In this document: in pieces, positions 37,807 to 46,813 of the stretch
Layout of the letters: each line of letters opens with the position of its first letter
Numbering within the stretch: position 1 is the first letter of the stretch
Assembly (NCBI GenBank): GCA_965213875.1
Contig: CBDCAN010000028.1
Coordinates: forward strand, 28,706 to 92,705
DNA from: Tunicatimonas sp.
GTDB taxonomy: Bacteria > Bacteroidota > Bacteroidia > Cytophagales > Cyclobacteriaceae
Direction of reading: 5' to 3'
DNA length: 64,000 bases
The notes under the pieces: generated by a model
What the model saw: only the letters and a program-made list of their open reading frames with translations
Told to the model about the DNA's origin: nothing
Database searches by the model: none
Translations under genes and position numbers: made by a program

Positions 37807-38976
37807 TTAAAGAATGGTCGGTGAAAATACGAGGTCTTCCGCCTCAATTTTGTCGCCCTCACTGATGAGTGCGGCGCGCTCTACGAACGACTTGAGCTCG
37901 CGTACGTTACCGGGCCAGTCGTGGGCGAGCATATCTTCCAGTGCGGCTGAGGCAAATGACTTGTTCGGACTACTGTCTTGCAAGAAATGCTTCGCCAATA
38001 CGATGATATCATTACCGCGTTCGCGCAGCGGCGGCAAGTGGATCAGAAACCCTTGAATGCGGTAGTACAAATCTTCTCGAAACTTGCCCTCCTTCACCCG
38101 CTGCCCCAGGTCTTTGTTGGTAGCCGCCAGCACGCGCACATCCAAACTAATCTCTTTATTGCTTCCGATGCGGCTGATCTTTTTTTCCTGTAGTACCCGC
38201 AGTAGTTTGGTTTGCAGGTTGATGTCCATCTCCCCGATTTCATCCAGTAAAATAGTGCCGCCGTTGGCTTCTTCAAACTTACCGATGCGCCGCCCCGAGG
38301 CCCCGGTAAACGCCCCCTTTTCGTGCCCAAACAGCTCACTTTCAATCAGATCTTCGGGAATAGCAGCTACGTTGATGGCGATAAAATCTTTCTTGCGACG
38401 ACGCGAGTTATAGTGCACGGCTCGGGCAGCTACTTCTTTTCCCGTGCCACTCTCTCCGGTAATCAGCGCCAGCACGTCGCTGTTCTCAATCTTCTGCATC
38501 ATGCGGATGACCTTCAGCACCGCATTGCTTTCACCGATAATACTGGAATAGTGGTGCCGGTCGATGATCTGGTCACGCAGCACTTCTACTTCTTTCTGTA
38601 GATTAGTATGGGCGGCCAAGGTCTTCACGCAGTGCGTAAGCTCATCGAAGGTCTGCTTGTTTTTGACGATGTAATACTTCGCCCCGTGCTTGTAGGCTTC
38701 TACCGCCACCGACACATCTTCTTGCCCTGACACAATCACGATCGCGATATCAGGATTGTACTCATTGATACGCTTGAGTATATCCAATCCCGACATGCCG
38801 GGCAGGTTATAGTCAATGGTCACAATATCTGGCTGTTCGTGGAGGTGATCGAAGAACTCTTCACCGGTAGTAAAAACGGTAACGTCGTAGCACTCTTCTT
38901 TCTCGAGGGTATGCTTGATCATCTTACCGAAGATCACATCGTCTTCTACGGCAAATATTTTAGTCATTTTAGCCAT
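37807..38976 (-). CDS. Sigma-54-dependent response regulator lacking the C-terminal HTH
   Basis: Receiver (VEDD, DYNLPG), GESGTGKE, GAFTGA, WPGNVREL; ends at EDLVFSPTIL. Confidence 0.92.
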   Translation of the reverse strand: MAKMTKIFAVEDDVIFGKMIKHTLEKEECYDVTVFTTGEEFFDHLHEQPDIVTIDYNLPGMSGLDILKRINEYNPDIAIVIVSGQEDVSVAVEAYKHGAKYYIVKNKQTFDELTHCVKTLAAHTNLQKEVEVLRDQIIDRHHYSSIIGESNAVLKVIRMMQKIENSDVLALITGESGTGKEVAARAVHYNSRRRKKDFIAINVAAIPEDLIESELFGHEKGAFTGASGRRIGKFEEANGGTILLDEIGEMDINLQTKLLRVLQEKKISRIGSNKEISLDVRVLAATNKDLGQRVKEGKFREDLYYRIQGFLIHLPPLRERGNDIIVLAKHFLQDSSPNKSFASAALEDMLAHDWPGNVRELKSFVERAALISEGDKIEAEDLVFSPTIL

Positions 38977-39255
38977 GCGGTCAACTTCAGTGGTTTGGTT
39001 AACCCGCTAGGTTCAAATTTCCTACCGTAAGACTAGTACCAGTATGGTCGTTATCGCTTCTTCTTACGCACTACGGCTGGCGTCGGAAAAGACGGATGCA
39101 GCCTACGGATGGGGTAAAAGCACCCATAATCGTAGGCAAGAACACGTAGATCATCAGGTGATATTACCAGTTTTATCTCACCGAACTTTACGGCCTTTAC
39201 CACAAAAAACCAGAAAACCGAGCCACTTGATACGCTGACCAAAACCCTAAAAAGA

Positions 39256-39289
39256 ACCGCTCATCAATGATCGTCTACCGCTGATCAAT
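39256..39289 (+). promoter_or_regulatory. LytTR-type direct repeats
   Basis: ACCGCTCATCAAT and ACCGCTGATCAAT, 21 bp apart, plus a weaker ACGCTGACCAA at 39232; upstream of an operon ending in a LytTR regulator. Confidence 0.6.
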
Positions 39290-39406
39290 TATCCTCTACT
39301 CTTCGTATTCCATACCGCATAGGACTGGCTTAGCCTACCTACCTTCACCACGGAAGATTAGTAAACACCGCCTATCTATTGTGGGCGCGGCACGAACACT
39401 CACGCT

Positions 39407-40477
39407 ATGCACTATCGAATTGTCTATTTGATTGCCCTTCTTTCTAGTATCGGCTCCTCCCCTGCTACCGGCCAAAACGAGCCGCTTGGCAAGATTGTCA
39501 CCGAACATATCAAGTCTTCACTACTGCGCGAGAATCGCATCGCATTAGATACCAACCGTAGTGTTATGGTATACCTGCCCCCCGGTTACGAATCTTCCGA
39601 CCGGCGCTATCCGGTCGTTTATTACTGCCACACCACTTTTTCTAACCCTGCCAAGCTGTTTGAAGAAAGCGATATTGCAAAATTACTAGACCAAAGATTT
39701 GCGGCAGATCACGCGGGTGAGTTTATTCTAGTGGTAGGCGACTACAGCACCCCAACCACCGGCAGCGTTTACGAAAACTCACCGGTCTCAGGACGATGGC
39801 TGGATTTTACGGTACAAGAATTAGTACCGTTTATTGATCGACAGTTTCGCACTCTCGCCCAACCCGATAGCCGAGCCGTGGTTGGTCACTTCCTGGGTGG
39901 TCGGGGGGCGTTAAAGCTAGCAATGGCCTATCCGGACTTGTTTGGAGTCGTATACGCCATGCATCCGGTTGCTACCGGGGTAGGTCGGATACCGTGGTCT
40001 TCTCTCGCGATCGATTGGGAAAAAATTCATCGGGCAAAGTCACTGGCTGACTTAGGCGATGATGTCAGGACACGCCTGTTTGTCACAATTAGTCAGGCTT
40101 TCTTACCCAACCTAGACCGACCGCCTTTCTACTGCGATTTTTTTATGGAGATGTCCGAGGATGCACTCACTCTTAACGCAGAAAGTTTGCGAAAAACTCA
40201 GCAGGGTTTTCATATAGAAGAAGGCTTAGACACTTCGCTAGACAACCTTCGTTTGCTGCGAGGCATTGCATTTGACTGGGGGCGGTTTGATCCGGTTCAA
40301 GATCATGTGTACGCCAACCAGGCATTTAGCCAGAAGCTGGAAAGTCTGGGCATTGAACACGAGGCAGAGGAGTATCGTGGCGATCCGTGGAACCGTATTT
40401 GGACAGCCAACGGACGCTTTTATACACGGGTGCTTCCCTTTCTGGCACGGCACCTCGTATTCGAGGCTCAACTGTAA
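39407..40477 (+). CDS. Secreted alpha/beta-hydrolase (esterase family) with nucleophile elbow GHFLGG
   Basis: Signal peptide, VYLPPGY, RYPVVY, ELVPFID, SRAVVGHFLGGRGALKLA. Confidence 0.85.
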   Translation: MHYRIVYLIALLSSIGSSPATGQNEPLGKIVTEHIKSSLLRENRIALDTNRSVMVYLPPGYESSDRRYPVVYYCHTTFSNPAKLFEESDIAKLLDQRFAADHAGEFILVVGDYSTPTTGSVYENSPVSGRWLDFTVQELVPFIDRQFRTLAQPDSRAVVGHFLGGRGALKLAMAYPDLFGVVYAMHPVATGVGRIPWSSLAIDWEKIHRAKSLADLGDDVRTRLFVTISQAFLPNLDRPPFYCDFFMEMSEDALTLNAESLRKTQQGFHIEEGLDTSLDNLRLLRGIAFDWGRFDPVQDHVYANQAFSQKLESLGIEHEAEEYRGDPWNRIWTANGRFYTRVLPFLARHLVFEAQL

Positions 40478-40496
40478 CTTTTATTTCAAAAGTGTG

Positions 40497-41432
40497 ATGC
40501 ACAAAGTCAAATACGCTGTATTGCTCACAGCCCTCTTCTACTTGCCCGCAGCAGACAGTTTTGCGCAGTCCGTTGAAGCGTTAGACCAGCGCATAGTTAC
40601 TCAACTGATAAAATTCCGAACCGATTATGCCGCAGGTTTGACGGAAGGACAACCCGAGGCAATCGTGCGCTACTATGCGGATAGCGTCCGGCTGATGCCC
40701 GATTTTCAAAAAACCATAGTATGCAAAAACAACGCGCTATCGTATCACCTTGCTTTCTTGGCTCGTTACGACGTTCAGGAATACCGTAGAGCAGCAACAG
40801 AAATACTATATCTAGGTGCTCAAATAGCGGAGATTGGACAATTCAGTATGAGGTTGACCACCAAGAGCACTCGCCAAACGCATACGTTAAGCGGTAAATA
40901 TTTGAATCTTTGGAAAAGATTAGAGAGAGGTGAGTTGTTGCTACTTACTGAAGCCTGGAACTACAACAGCCCGCTTACCATTGAGGGGCAGTTAAAATTC
41001 GAAGGAATGTCTACCGCCCGCCTTTCCTCAGAGGTGCCCACACCGGTCGGCGAACCGGTCTACTTTGAGGTGGCAGCCCTCAGTAGCCTGATGGAGGCTA
41101 CCGTTTCGCAGCATAACGCCCGTCGCTGGTCTCAGTTCTACACCGACGACGCGTCATTTCTTTACAGCCGACACCCCGTATATCACGGACGAATGGCATT
41201 GGACAGTTTTTTCGTAGAACACGTCAGGGAATTACCCACCTTTGAACGATTAGCGATTTATCACGACCGGATCGATGATCTGGGAGAGTACGTGATTGTG
41301 TACGCCAACCATTTGGCAACGGTGAAGGGCGACAACTTTTCCGGGACGTTCACCGGAAAGGACTTGGCTATTTGGCGAAGAGAATCAGACTGTTCACTAA
41401 AAATCTTCCGACACATTGCTATGTACGATTGA
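40497..41432 (+). CDS. Secreted tandem NTF2/SnoaL-like (DUF4440/YybH) protein
   Basis: Signal peptide from ATG 40497; two repeats (YYADSVRLMP...GKYLNLWKR and FYTDDASFL...GKDLAIWRR). Confidence 0.8.
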   Translation: MHKVKYAVLLTALFYLPAADSFAQSVEALDQRIVTQLIKFRTDYAAGLTEGQPEAIVRYYADSVRLMPDFQKTIVCKNNALSYHLAFLARYDVQEYRRAATEILYLGAQIAEIGQFSMRLTTKSTRQTHTLSGKYLNLWKRLERGELLLLTEAWNYNSPLTIEGQLKFEGMSTARLSSEVPTPVGEPVYFEVAALSSLMEATVSQHNARRWSQFYTDDASFLYSRHPVYHGRMALDSFFVEHVRELPTFERLAIYHDRIDDLGEYVIVYANHLATVKGDNFSGTFTGKDLAIWRRESDCSLKIFRHIAMYD

Positions 41433-41518
41433 TACACAATTCGGTGAAGGAATAATCAGTTAGAATGTTGTAGATTAGAAGACCTAAGTCTCTGACCGCC
41501 TTGCCTACTGCACCGCCT

Positions 41519-42643
41519 ATGTACAACTGGCTCCTGCGATATAAACTGTATCACCTGCCGTTTTGGATGGTCTACCACTATCTATGGTGGGTGATAGCCA
41601 TCGGTAGCCCAACGGAAGCGGCCAGCAGTATTCTCTTCTCGGTTTATTCGTTCAAGTTTATTTTCTACGTCGTTTTCCAGGCGCTGGGCGTGTACTTCAA
41701 CCTATACTTTCTGATTCCGAAGTTCTTAGAAGAAGGACAATACGCTGTCTACGCCAGCCTACTGTTACTAACGATATTAGGCACTGCGGCTCTGATTGTG
41801 ACCGGTTATTACGCTGGGGCTTTCTTCTCTCAGCAGACTTTTCAAGCGTTGTATCATGCCCCACCCAGTGCGTATTTTCAGTTCTTTACCGCCAATGCTC
41901 TGCCTTCTACCGTGGCCAGCATGACACTCGGAATGAGTATTAAGCTGACCAAGAATTGGCTTGATGCGCAACGGCAACAACAGGAGTTGGAAAAGAGGCA
42001 GCAAGTACTGGAGAAAGAGAAGTTGGTTACTGAGCTCAAGTATCTCAAGTCGCAGTTCAACCCGCATTTTCTGTTCAATACCATTAATTCCATTTTCGTA
42101 CTGATTCACAAGAATCCGGATAGTGCCGCCGAGTCACTAGCCAAATTTTCCGAACTACTACGCTACCAACTGTACGAATGTGACGAAGCCTACATTCCGC
42201 TCACACGAGAGCTTGACTATCTTATCAATTTTATTGAGTTGGAAAAACTACGGCAAGACCATCATATCACCGTCGATCTACAGACCAATCTTCCGCCGCC
42301 TGATCGCTTGGTTATTGCGCCTTTTATACTGTTACCTTTCGTTGAAAATGCCTTCAAGCATGTTTCTCAAAGAGCGAACCAACCTAATTGGATCAATATT
42401 GTCTTGGTTCGCCACCAAGACGAACTACGGTTGGATATCACTAATAGCACGGATAAGCCCCGTCAACAGATCAGGGCGTCAAATGTGCCGGGCGGAGTAG
42501 GCCTCAAAAATGTGCGTCGACGTTTAGCGCTACTCTACGCCGGGCAATACGACCTGAACGTCCGGCAGGAAGATCAGCAATTCCGAGCGACGCTACACCT
42601 TACCCTACAGCCCGCGTTGCTTCCTCAATTGATTTCATCATGA
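41519..42643 (+). CDS. LytS/YehU-family sensor histidine kinase
   Basis: TM N-terminus; ELKYLKSQFNPHFLFNTIN, FVENAFKH, GVGLKNVRRRL. Confidence 0.93.
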   Translation: MYNWLLRYKLYHLPFWMVYHYLWWVIAIGSPTEAASSILFSVYSFKFIFYVVFQALGVYFNLYFLIPKFLEEGQYAVYASLLLLTILGTAALIVTGYYAGAFFSQQTFQALYHAPPSAYFQFFTANALPSTVASMTLGMSIKLTKNWLDAQRQQQELEKRQQVLEKEKLVTELKYLKSQFNPHFLFNTINSIFVLIHKNPDSAAESLAKFSELLRYQLYECDEAYIPLTRELDYLINFIELEKLRQDHHITVDLQTNLPPPDRLVIAPFILLPFVENAFKHVSQRANQPNWINIVLVRHQDELRLDITNSTDKPRQQIRASNVPGGVGLKNVRRRLALLYAGQYDLNVRQEDQQFRATLHLTLQPALLPQLISS

Positions 42644-43350
42644 CGCTCGCCTGTGTAATTATTGACGATGAACCACTTGCCCGCGAATGCATCGCTGGCT
42701 ACGTGCGCAAAGTAGATTTTCTCTCCTTGGTAGGCGAAGGTAACAACCCGATCGTACTTGAGCAGTTACTCGACGAACAAGACGTAGACCTTATTTTCCT
42801 GGATATCCAGATGCCTGTCATTAGTGGTATTGACTTCTTGAAGATGAAAGACCGCCTACCGCCCGTAGTGATCACCACCGCCTTTCCGAATTATGCCCTG
42901 GAAGGATTTCAGTTGAACGTGCTGGACTACCTACTCAAACCGATCACCTTTGGTCGGTTTTTTCAGGCGGTGAATAAGGTAAAAGACTACCAGAACCTCA
43001 CCCACCCGCCCGTGGTAGCTACGCCGGACTATTTTTTTATCAAGTGCGATGGCCGCTACGAGAAGATTCGTTTTGACGAAATCATTTACGTGCAAGCCAT
43101 GCAGAACTACGTAATCATCCGAACTTTAAGAGAAAAGTTTATCACGCTGCTGTACCTCAAGCACGTAGAAGAATATTTAGCGGGCCAGCCGTTTATCAGA
43201 GTACACAAGTCCTATATTGTAGCGACTTCGAAGATAGAATCAATCGAAGAAAACCAGGTGCTAGTCGCTTCTTTTCCTGTTCCTATCGGTAGAAACTATC
43301 GCAGCAAGGTTATCGAGTCGGTAGTAAGTCGCAATCTGTGGAAGAAGTAG
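42640..43350 (+). CDS. LytTR-family response regulator
   Basis: DDEPLA, FLDIQMP, DYLLKP, FIRVHKSYIV; ATGA overlap with the kinase. Confidence 0.95.
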   Translation: MTLACVIIDDEPLARECIAGYVRKVDFLSLVGEGNNPIVLEQLLDEQDVDLIFLDIQMPVISGIDFLKMKDRLPPVVITTAFPNYALEGFQLNVLDYLLKPITFGRFFQAVNKVKDYQNLTHPPVVATPDYFFIKCDGRYEKIRFDEIIYVQAMQNYVIIRTLREKFITLLYLKHVEEYLAGQPFIRVHKSYIVATSKIESIEENQVLVASFPVPIGRNYRSKVIESVVSRNLWKK

Positions 43351-43367
43351 AGGTTGTTTATCTGCCG

Positions 43368-43967
43368 TCACACCGACTGGGCGGTGGTCACGATCTTGTT
43401 GTTATTTAGCAAAATAGGGTTGAGGTTAAGGCTGAATCCGTCGACGAGCAGGGCTACGGCTACGGCCAAATCCAGATGACGACTATCGTGCACACGTAGG
43501 TAGACTTTTCCTTCATCTACGAACGGCAAGCCGGCGGAGAGCGACATAATAGCCATCTGCCGACCTTCGGTAGAAAGAATGCACTTGATGCTACTGTAGC
43601 GATGTACCTCCCAGGTTCGGCGGCTGTCTTCACATACCCAGTAGCCCGGTGCCGCTTTCCGAATAAGAATCGACGATTTGTTCACGCGATTCATGACGTA
43701 GGTAGGCACGAAAGGCTTCTCTTTACTCACCGAGAATACCGTATCACCAGACAGGTCTCGCACTCGAAGGTGCCCAAACGTAAGGCTCAACGGACGTATG
43801 ATTCGGTAGCACTTTTGATCCTCGACGTGTACGTACTGTGTAGACCAGGGAGCAAAGGACCGGGCATCAACGGTGACACTCACACTTTTAATCGCATTCA
43901 TACCCCTTAGTTTAGTCTTCTTTGATACTGCATCAGCCACGTGTAAGTAGGCTAAAAAGTCTATCAC
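43368..43967 (-). CDS. Hypothetical protein
   Basis: Open 199 codons in an otherwise intergenic space; start uncertain (possibly MNAIKS near 43901). Confidence 0.5.
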   Translation of the reverse strand: MIDFLAYLHVADAVSKKTKLRGMNAIKSVSVTVDARSFAPWSTQYVHVEDQKCYRIIRPLSLTFGHLRVRDLSGDTVFSVSKEKPFVPTYVMNRVNKSSILIRKAAPGYWVCEDSRRTWEVHRYSSIKCILSTEGRQMAIMSLSAGLPFVDEGKVYLRVHDSRHLDLAVAVALLVDGFSLNLNPILLNNNKIVTTAQSV

Positions 43968-44118
43968 GGTATCTCTACAAAGAAAACAAAAGTTTGGTAG
44001 ACTGTCAAGAGCTTACGAGAATAGATCGCCCGCTAAAATAGCCGGTGGTTCCAGTAATTTCTTGCCGGTGCTGAGTATTCGGCAAAGGGTTCATCTTCAC
44101 CAAGCGCGAAGAGGCGAA

Positions 44119-44418
44119 CTATCCGTTGATGCAAATGTCCTGGTCAGGACGCAAGCGAGCGAACATGCGGTCGCGCACATCAACTTCTACCACTGAAGTT
44201 TCGGGCACCACATCTTGCGGTGAGAAGTAACACAAAGTCTGTTGTACCTCACCGTTTTTCATCTGACTCACGATCACCGGTGGTGCACTGAGCGACAGAT
44301 TTTGCAGATCGTCAAGAGAGATACGTCCCCGCCCCTTCTCTTGCTCAACTTTGCTAAACAAATAAACTGATACGAGCAACAAGACGAAGGTTGCAGTAAT
44401 GATAATTAGTGGCAACAT
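44119..44418 (-). CDS. Hypothetical membrane-anchored protein
   Basis: N-terminal TM helix, 99 aa. Confidence 0.6.
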   Translation of the reverse strand: MLPLIIITATFVLLLVSVYLFSKVEQEKGRGRISLDDLQNLSLSAPPVIVSQMKNGEVQQTLCYFSPQDVVPETSVVEVDVRDRMFARLRPDQDICING

Positions 44419-44746
44419 TGTAGTAAATGTTTTGACAGATATGAAATGTTGTGCTTTACTTGAAGTAAGTTAAGCAAATAAAAGGATTCCTTAGAAAGAT
44501 CGTTCGCTATTTCAGAAGAAAAAGTATAGCTCCCTAGAAAAGTACTATTTTATAGAAGTTGGCTTTTATAGATTGAAGTAATCATCCGTACTCAAACGGT
44601 TATTAATCTTTATTTAGGCCACTTTGCGATAAGATCTTTTGGCGTAGTAACTAACACTACATTGTCGTCGCTATTCAATTTGTACCATCATTGGTATGTT
44701 CTTCCGGTGCCATACTTTACGTAAAGATCGCCCGTGCGCTACCGTA

Positions 44747-45775
44747 TTAATCGTCAATAGACCGCAGCCTTTTGTTCATTATCTTATAATAATTTGAATC
44801 TTTTTCGTAGCCGACAAATTGTCGTCTTTGTTGAAGCGCGGCCACGCCGGTGCTACCGCTTCCCGCAAATGGGTCTAAAACCGTTTGTCCTTCAAATGAT
44901 ACCAACTTCACCAGGTGTTCCATCAAAGCTACCGGCTTGAGCGTAGGATGGTGATTAAAGTCATCTTTGTGTTGACGCACCTTAGGAACCATAAAAAACT
45001 TATCGTAGCCATCTTGCCAAGGCTCCGTACGGAGGTGATTAGCGCATACCCTTCCTAACGGGTGGGGATTATGCCCCACCGGTGCCTCTCCTTCTGCTAG
45101 CGGAATTCTGGTCTCTTCCAAATTGAGAGCACCCGTTCCGTACTTTACCATGTTTTGCGCAACGTTAAGTCCGGCCGCTCGCGGTTTCTGCACCATGATG
45201 ATGGGCTCGTAGGCGGGTTTGATCCCCAACCCGGCCCCCCGGTAGCGGCGGCCCAGAGCAGACGAGGCTCGCCGACGCACCTTAGGTGCCGCAACCCCGT
45301 ATTGGGCGGCATCCTCCGGTTGTCCCTTCTCAGGTCCTCGGCGACCAGGGTGCCGGCCACTTGCTCCCTTTCTGTAACCTTGCACGTAACGATAACTTCC
45401 CACCACTTCGCTTTCCATCCCTAACTCTTTGTCAATGGCTAACGATATATCACGACTCTTGGGCATTCCGTTAAGATAAGACCAGAAGATGACATCTTTG
45501 ATCATAAAACCGGCGTCTTCCAAAGCCACCATTAAGCGATGCATGAGTCGTACCGATGAAAACACTAACCCAAAGGCACCAGGCTTCAGAACACGCAATG
45601 CATCCTGCCAGATGGCCGGGTCTGGCAGAGCTTTGTCCCAGGCGTAGTTCTGAAAACCGATTCCGTAGGGCGGATCAGTGACTAATGCTTCCATCGAATT
45701 TTTAGTAATGCCGCTCAATCCGTAGCACGACTTGTTTCTGGTCTCAAAATAACTGTTTTTCAATGACTTACGCAT
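44747..45775 (-). CDS. Orphan site-specific DNA methyltransferase (N4/N6, beta class)
   Basis: VTDPPY precedes HPTLKP and VLDPFAGSGSTG; likely ATG 45775; no endonuclease adjacent. Confidence 0.9.
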   Translation of the reverse strand: MRKSLKNSYFETRNKSCYGLSGITKNSMEALVTDPPYGIGFQNYAWDKALPDPAIWQDALRVLKPGAFGLVFSSVRLMHRLMVALEDAGFMIKDVIFWSYLNGMPKSRDISLAIDKELGMESEVVGSYRYVQGYRKGASGRHPGRRGPEKGQPEDAAQYGVAAPKVRRRASSALGRRYRGAGLGIKPAYEPIIMVQKPRAAGLNVAQNMVKYGTGALNLEETRIPLAEGEAPVGHNPHPLGRVCANHLRTEPWQDGYDKFFMVPKVRQHKDDFNHHPTLKPVALMEHLVKLVSFEGQTVLDPFAGSGSTGVAALQQRRQFVGYEKDSNYYKIMNKRLRSIDD

Positions 45776-45871
45776 TTTGGTTAAAGTATACGTTCGCCAA
45801 TATATAATATCAATACTAAATATCGAATATTTTCGAAGTATAAATTCTTTGAATCGACATATTACTTTTAC

Positions 45872-45894
45872 TTTTGCGTATTTTTTACTCATAA
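45872..45894. promoter_or_regulatory. Candidate NrtR-family operator (GT-N7-AC)
   Basis: TTTTGCGT-ATTTTTT-ACTCATAA, 6/8 palindromic, upstream of the NrtR-family gene. Confidence 0.5.
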
Positions 45895-46022
45895 GATGTT
45901 TTATATCAGTTACTTATATTTTTTTGATAAACCTGCACTTTATACCAATTAGAATTATCTACTTGTGTAAATATTAGTATTTTGATTTACTTTAGACGTT
46001 CTCATGTTTCATTGTATAAACC

Positions 46023-46751
46023 ATTAGCACCATCAATAAGAAAAGTTTAAAGGATACTTACTTAGGTAACCTTGAGAATTCGCTAGAGTCCGTTTCTGTC
46101 GACTGTGTCATCTTTGGTTTTGAAGAAAAGACGCTTAAAATACTTCTTACCAATCGACTAATTGATAAAGTAGATGGTACCTGGGCATTACCCGGGGGCT
46201 TTGTTCAGCTGGATGAGCCGTTGGCTGAGGCACCCGTACGCATTCTTAAAAGTATGGCCAACCTTACGGATGTCTACCTAGAACAGGTGGCAGCCTTTGG
46301 TGAAGTAGATCGTTTTCCTCACTCACGGGCCATCACGATCGGTTACTACGCCTTGGTAAACCCCGCACAGTTCGACTTGTGTAGCTTCAGAAGCGAAGTA
46401 TTAGAATCAAGATGGTTTAGCCTGAAGGATAAGCCGCTCCTTCCCTATGACCACGATAAAATTCTGGAGGAGGCTCTAGACAAGCTCAAACTAAAGCTTC
46501 GCTACGAGCCAATTGGCTTCGAGCTGCTGGCGGATAAGTTTTCGTTGCGTCAGTTACAAGAACTTTACGAGGCTATTCTAGGAGTAACCCTTGACAATCG
46601 TAACTTCCGTAAGAAAATCTTGAAAATGGACGTACTGCGCCGACTCAACGAAAAACAGAACGGCGTGAAGCATCGCCAGGCGACACTCTATCAGTTTGAC
46701 CCTAAAAAGTACCGAGTTTTATCCAGTCAGGGGGTTTACTTTACGATTTAA
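46023..46751 (+). CDS. NrtR family Nudix-related transcriptional regulator
   Basis: In-frame SVDCVIFGF...KILL...WALPGGFV lies upstream of the ORF-track TTG; then YLEQVAAFG, YDHDKI, ELYEAILG, NRNFRKKIL. Start placed at ATT 46023, which is uncertain. Confidence 0.88.
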   Translation: MSTINKKSLKDTYLGNLENSLESVSVDCVIFGFEEKTLKILLTNRLIDKVDGTWALPGGFVQLDEPLAEAPVRILKSMANLTDVYLEQVAAFGEVDRFPHSRAITIGYYALVNPAQFDLCSFRSEVLESRWFSLKDKPLLPYDHDKILEEALDKLKLKLRYEPIGFELLADKFSLRQLQELYEAILGVTLDNRNFRKKILKMDVLRRLNEKQNGVKHRQATLYQFDPKKYRVLSSQGVYFTI

Positions 46752-46757
46752 AAACAA

Positions 46758-46786
46758 AAAACCACGACCTATCAGGCCGTGGTTTT
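46758..46786. terminator. Bidirectional rho-independent terminator
   Basis: AAAACCACGACCT-ATC-AGGCCGTGGTTTT between convergent genes. Confidence 0.75.
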
Positions 46787-46813
46787 CTTATCTCGTCATT
46801 GACGAGCATCACA

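Noticed and set aside
38977-39250. Short ORFs 39044-39238 and 39051-39242
   Set aside because: They lie in a divergent promoter region on opposite strands and show no coding signature.
40266-40496. N-terminal extension of the 388-aa ORF overlapping the esterase gene
   Set aside because: A signal peptide begins at ATG 40497; the extension is an alternative-frame overlap.
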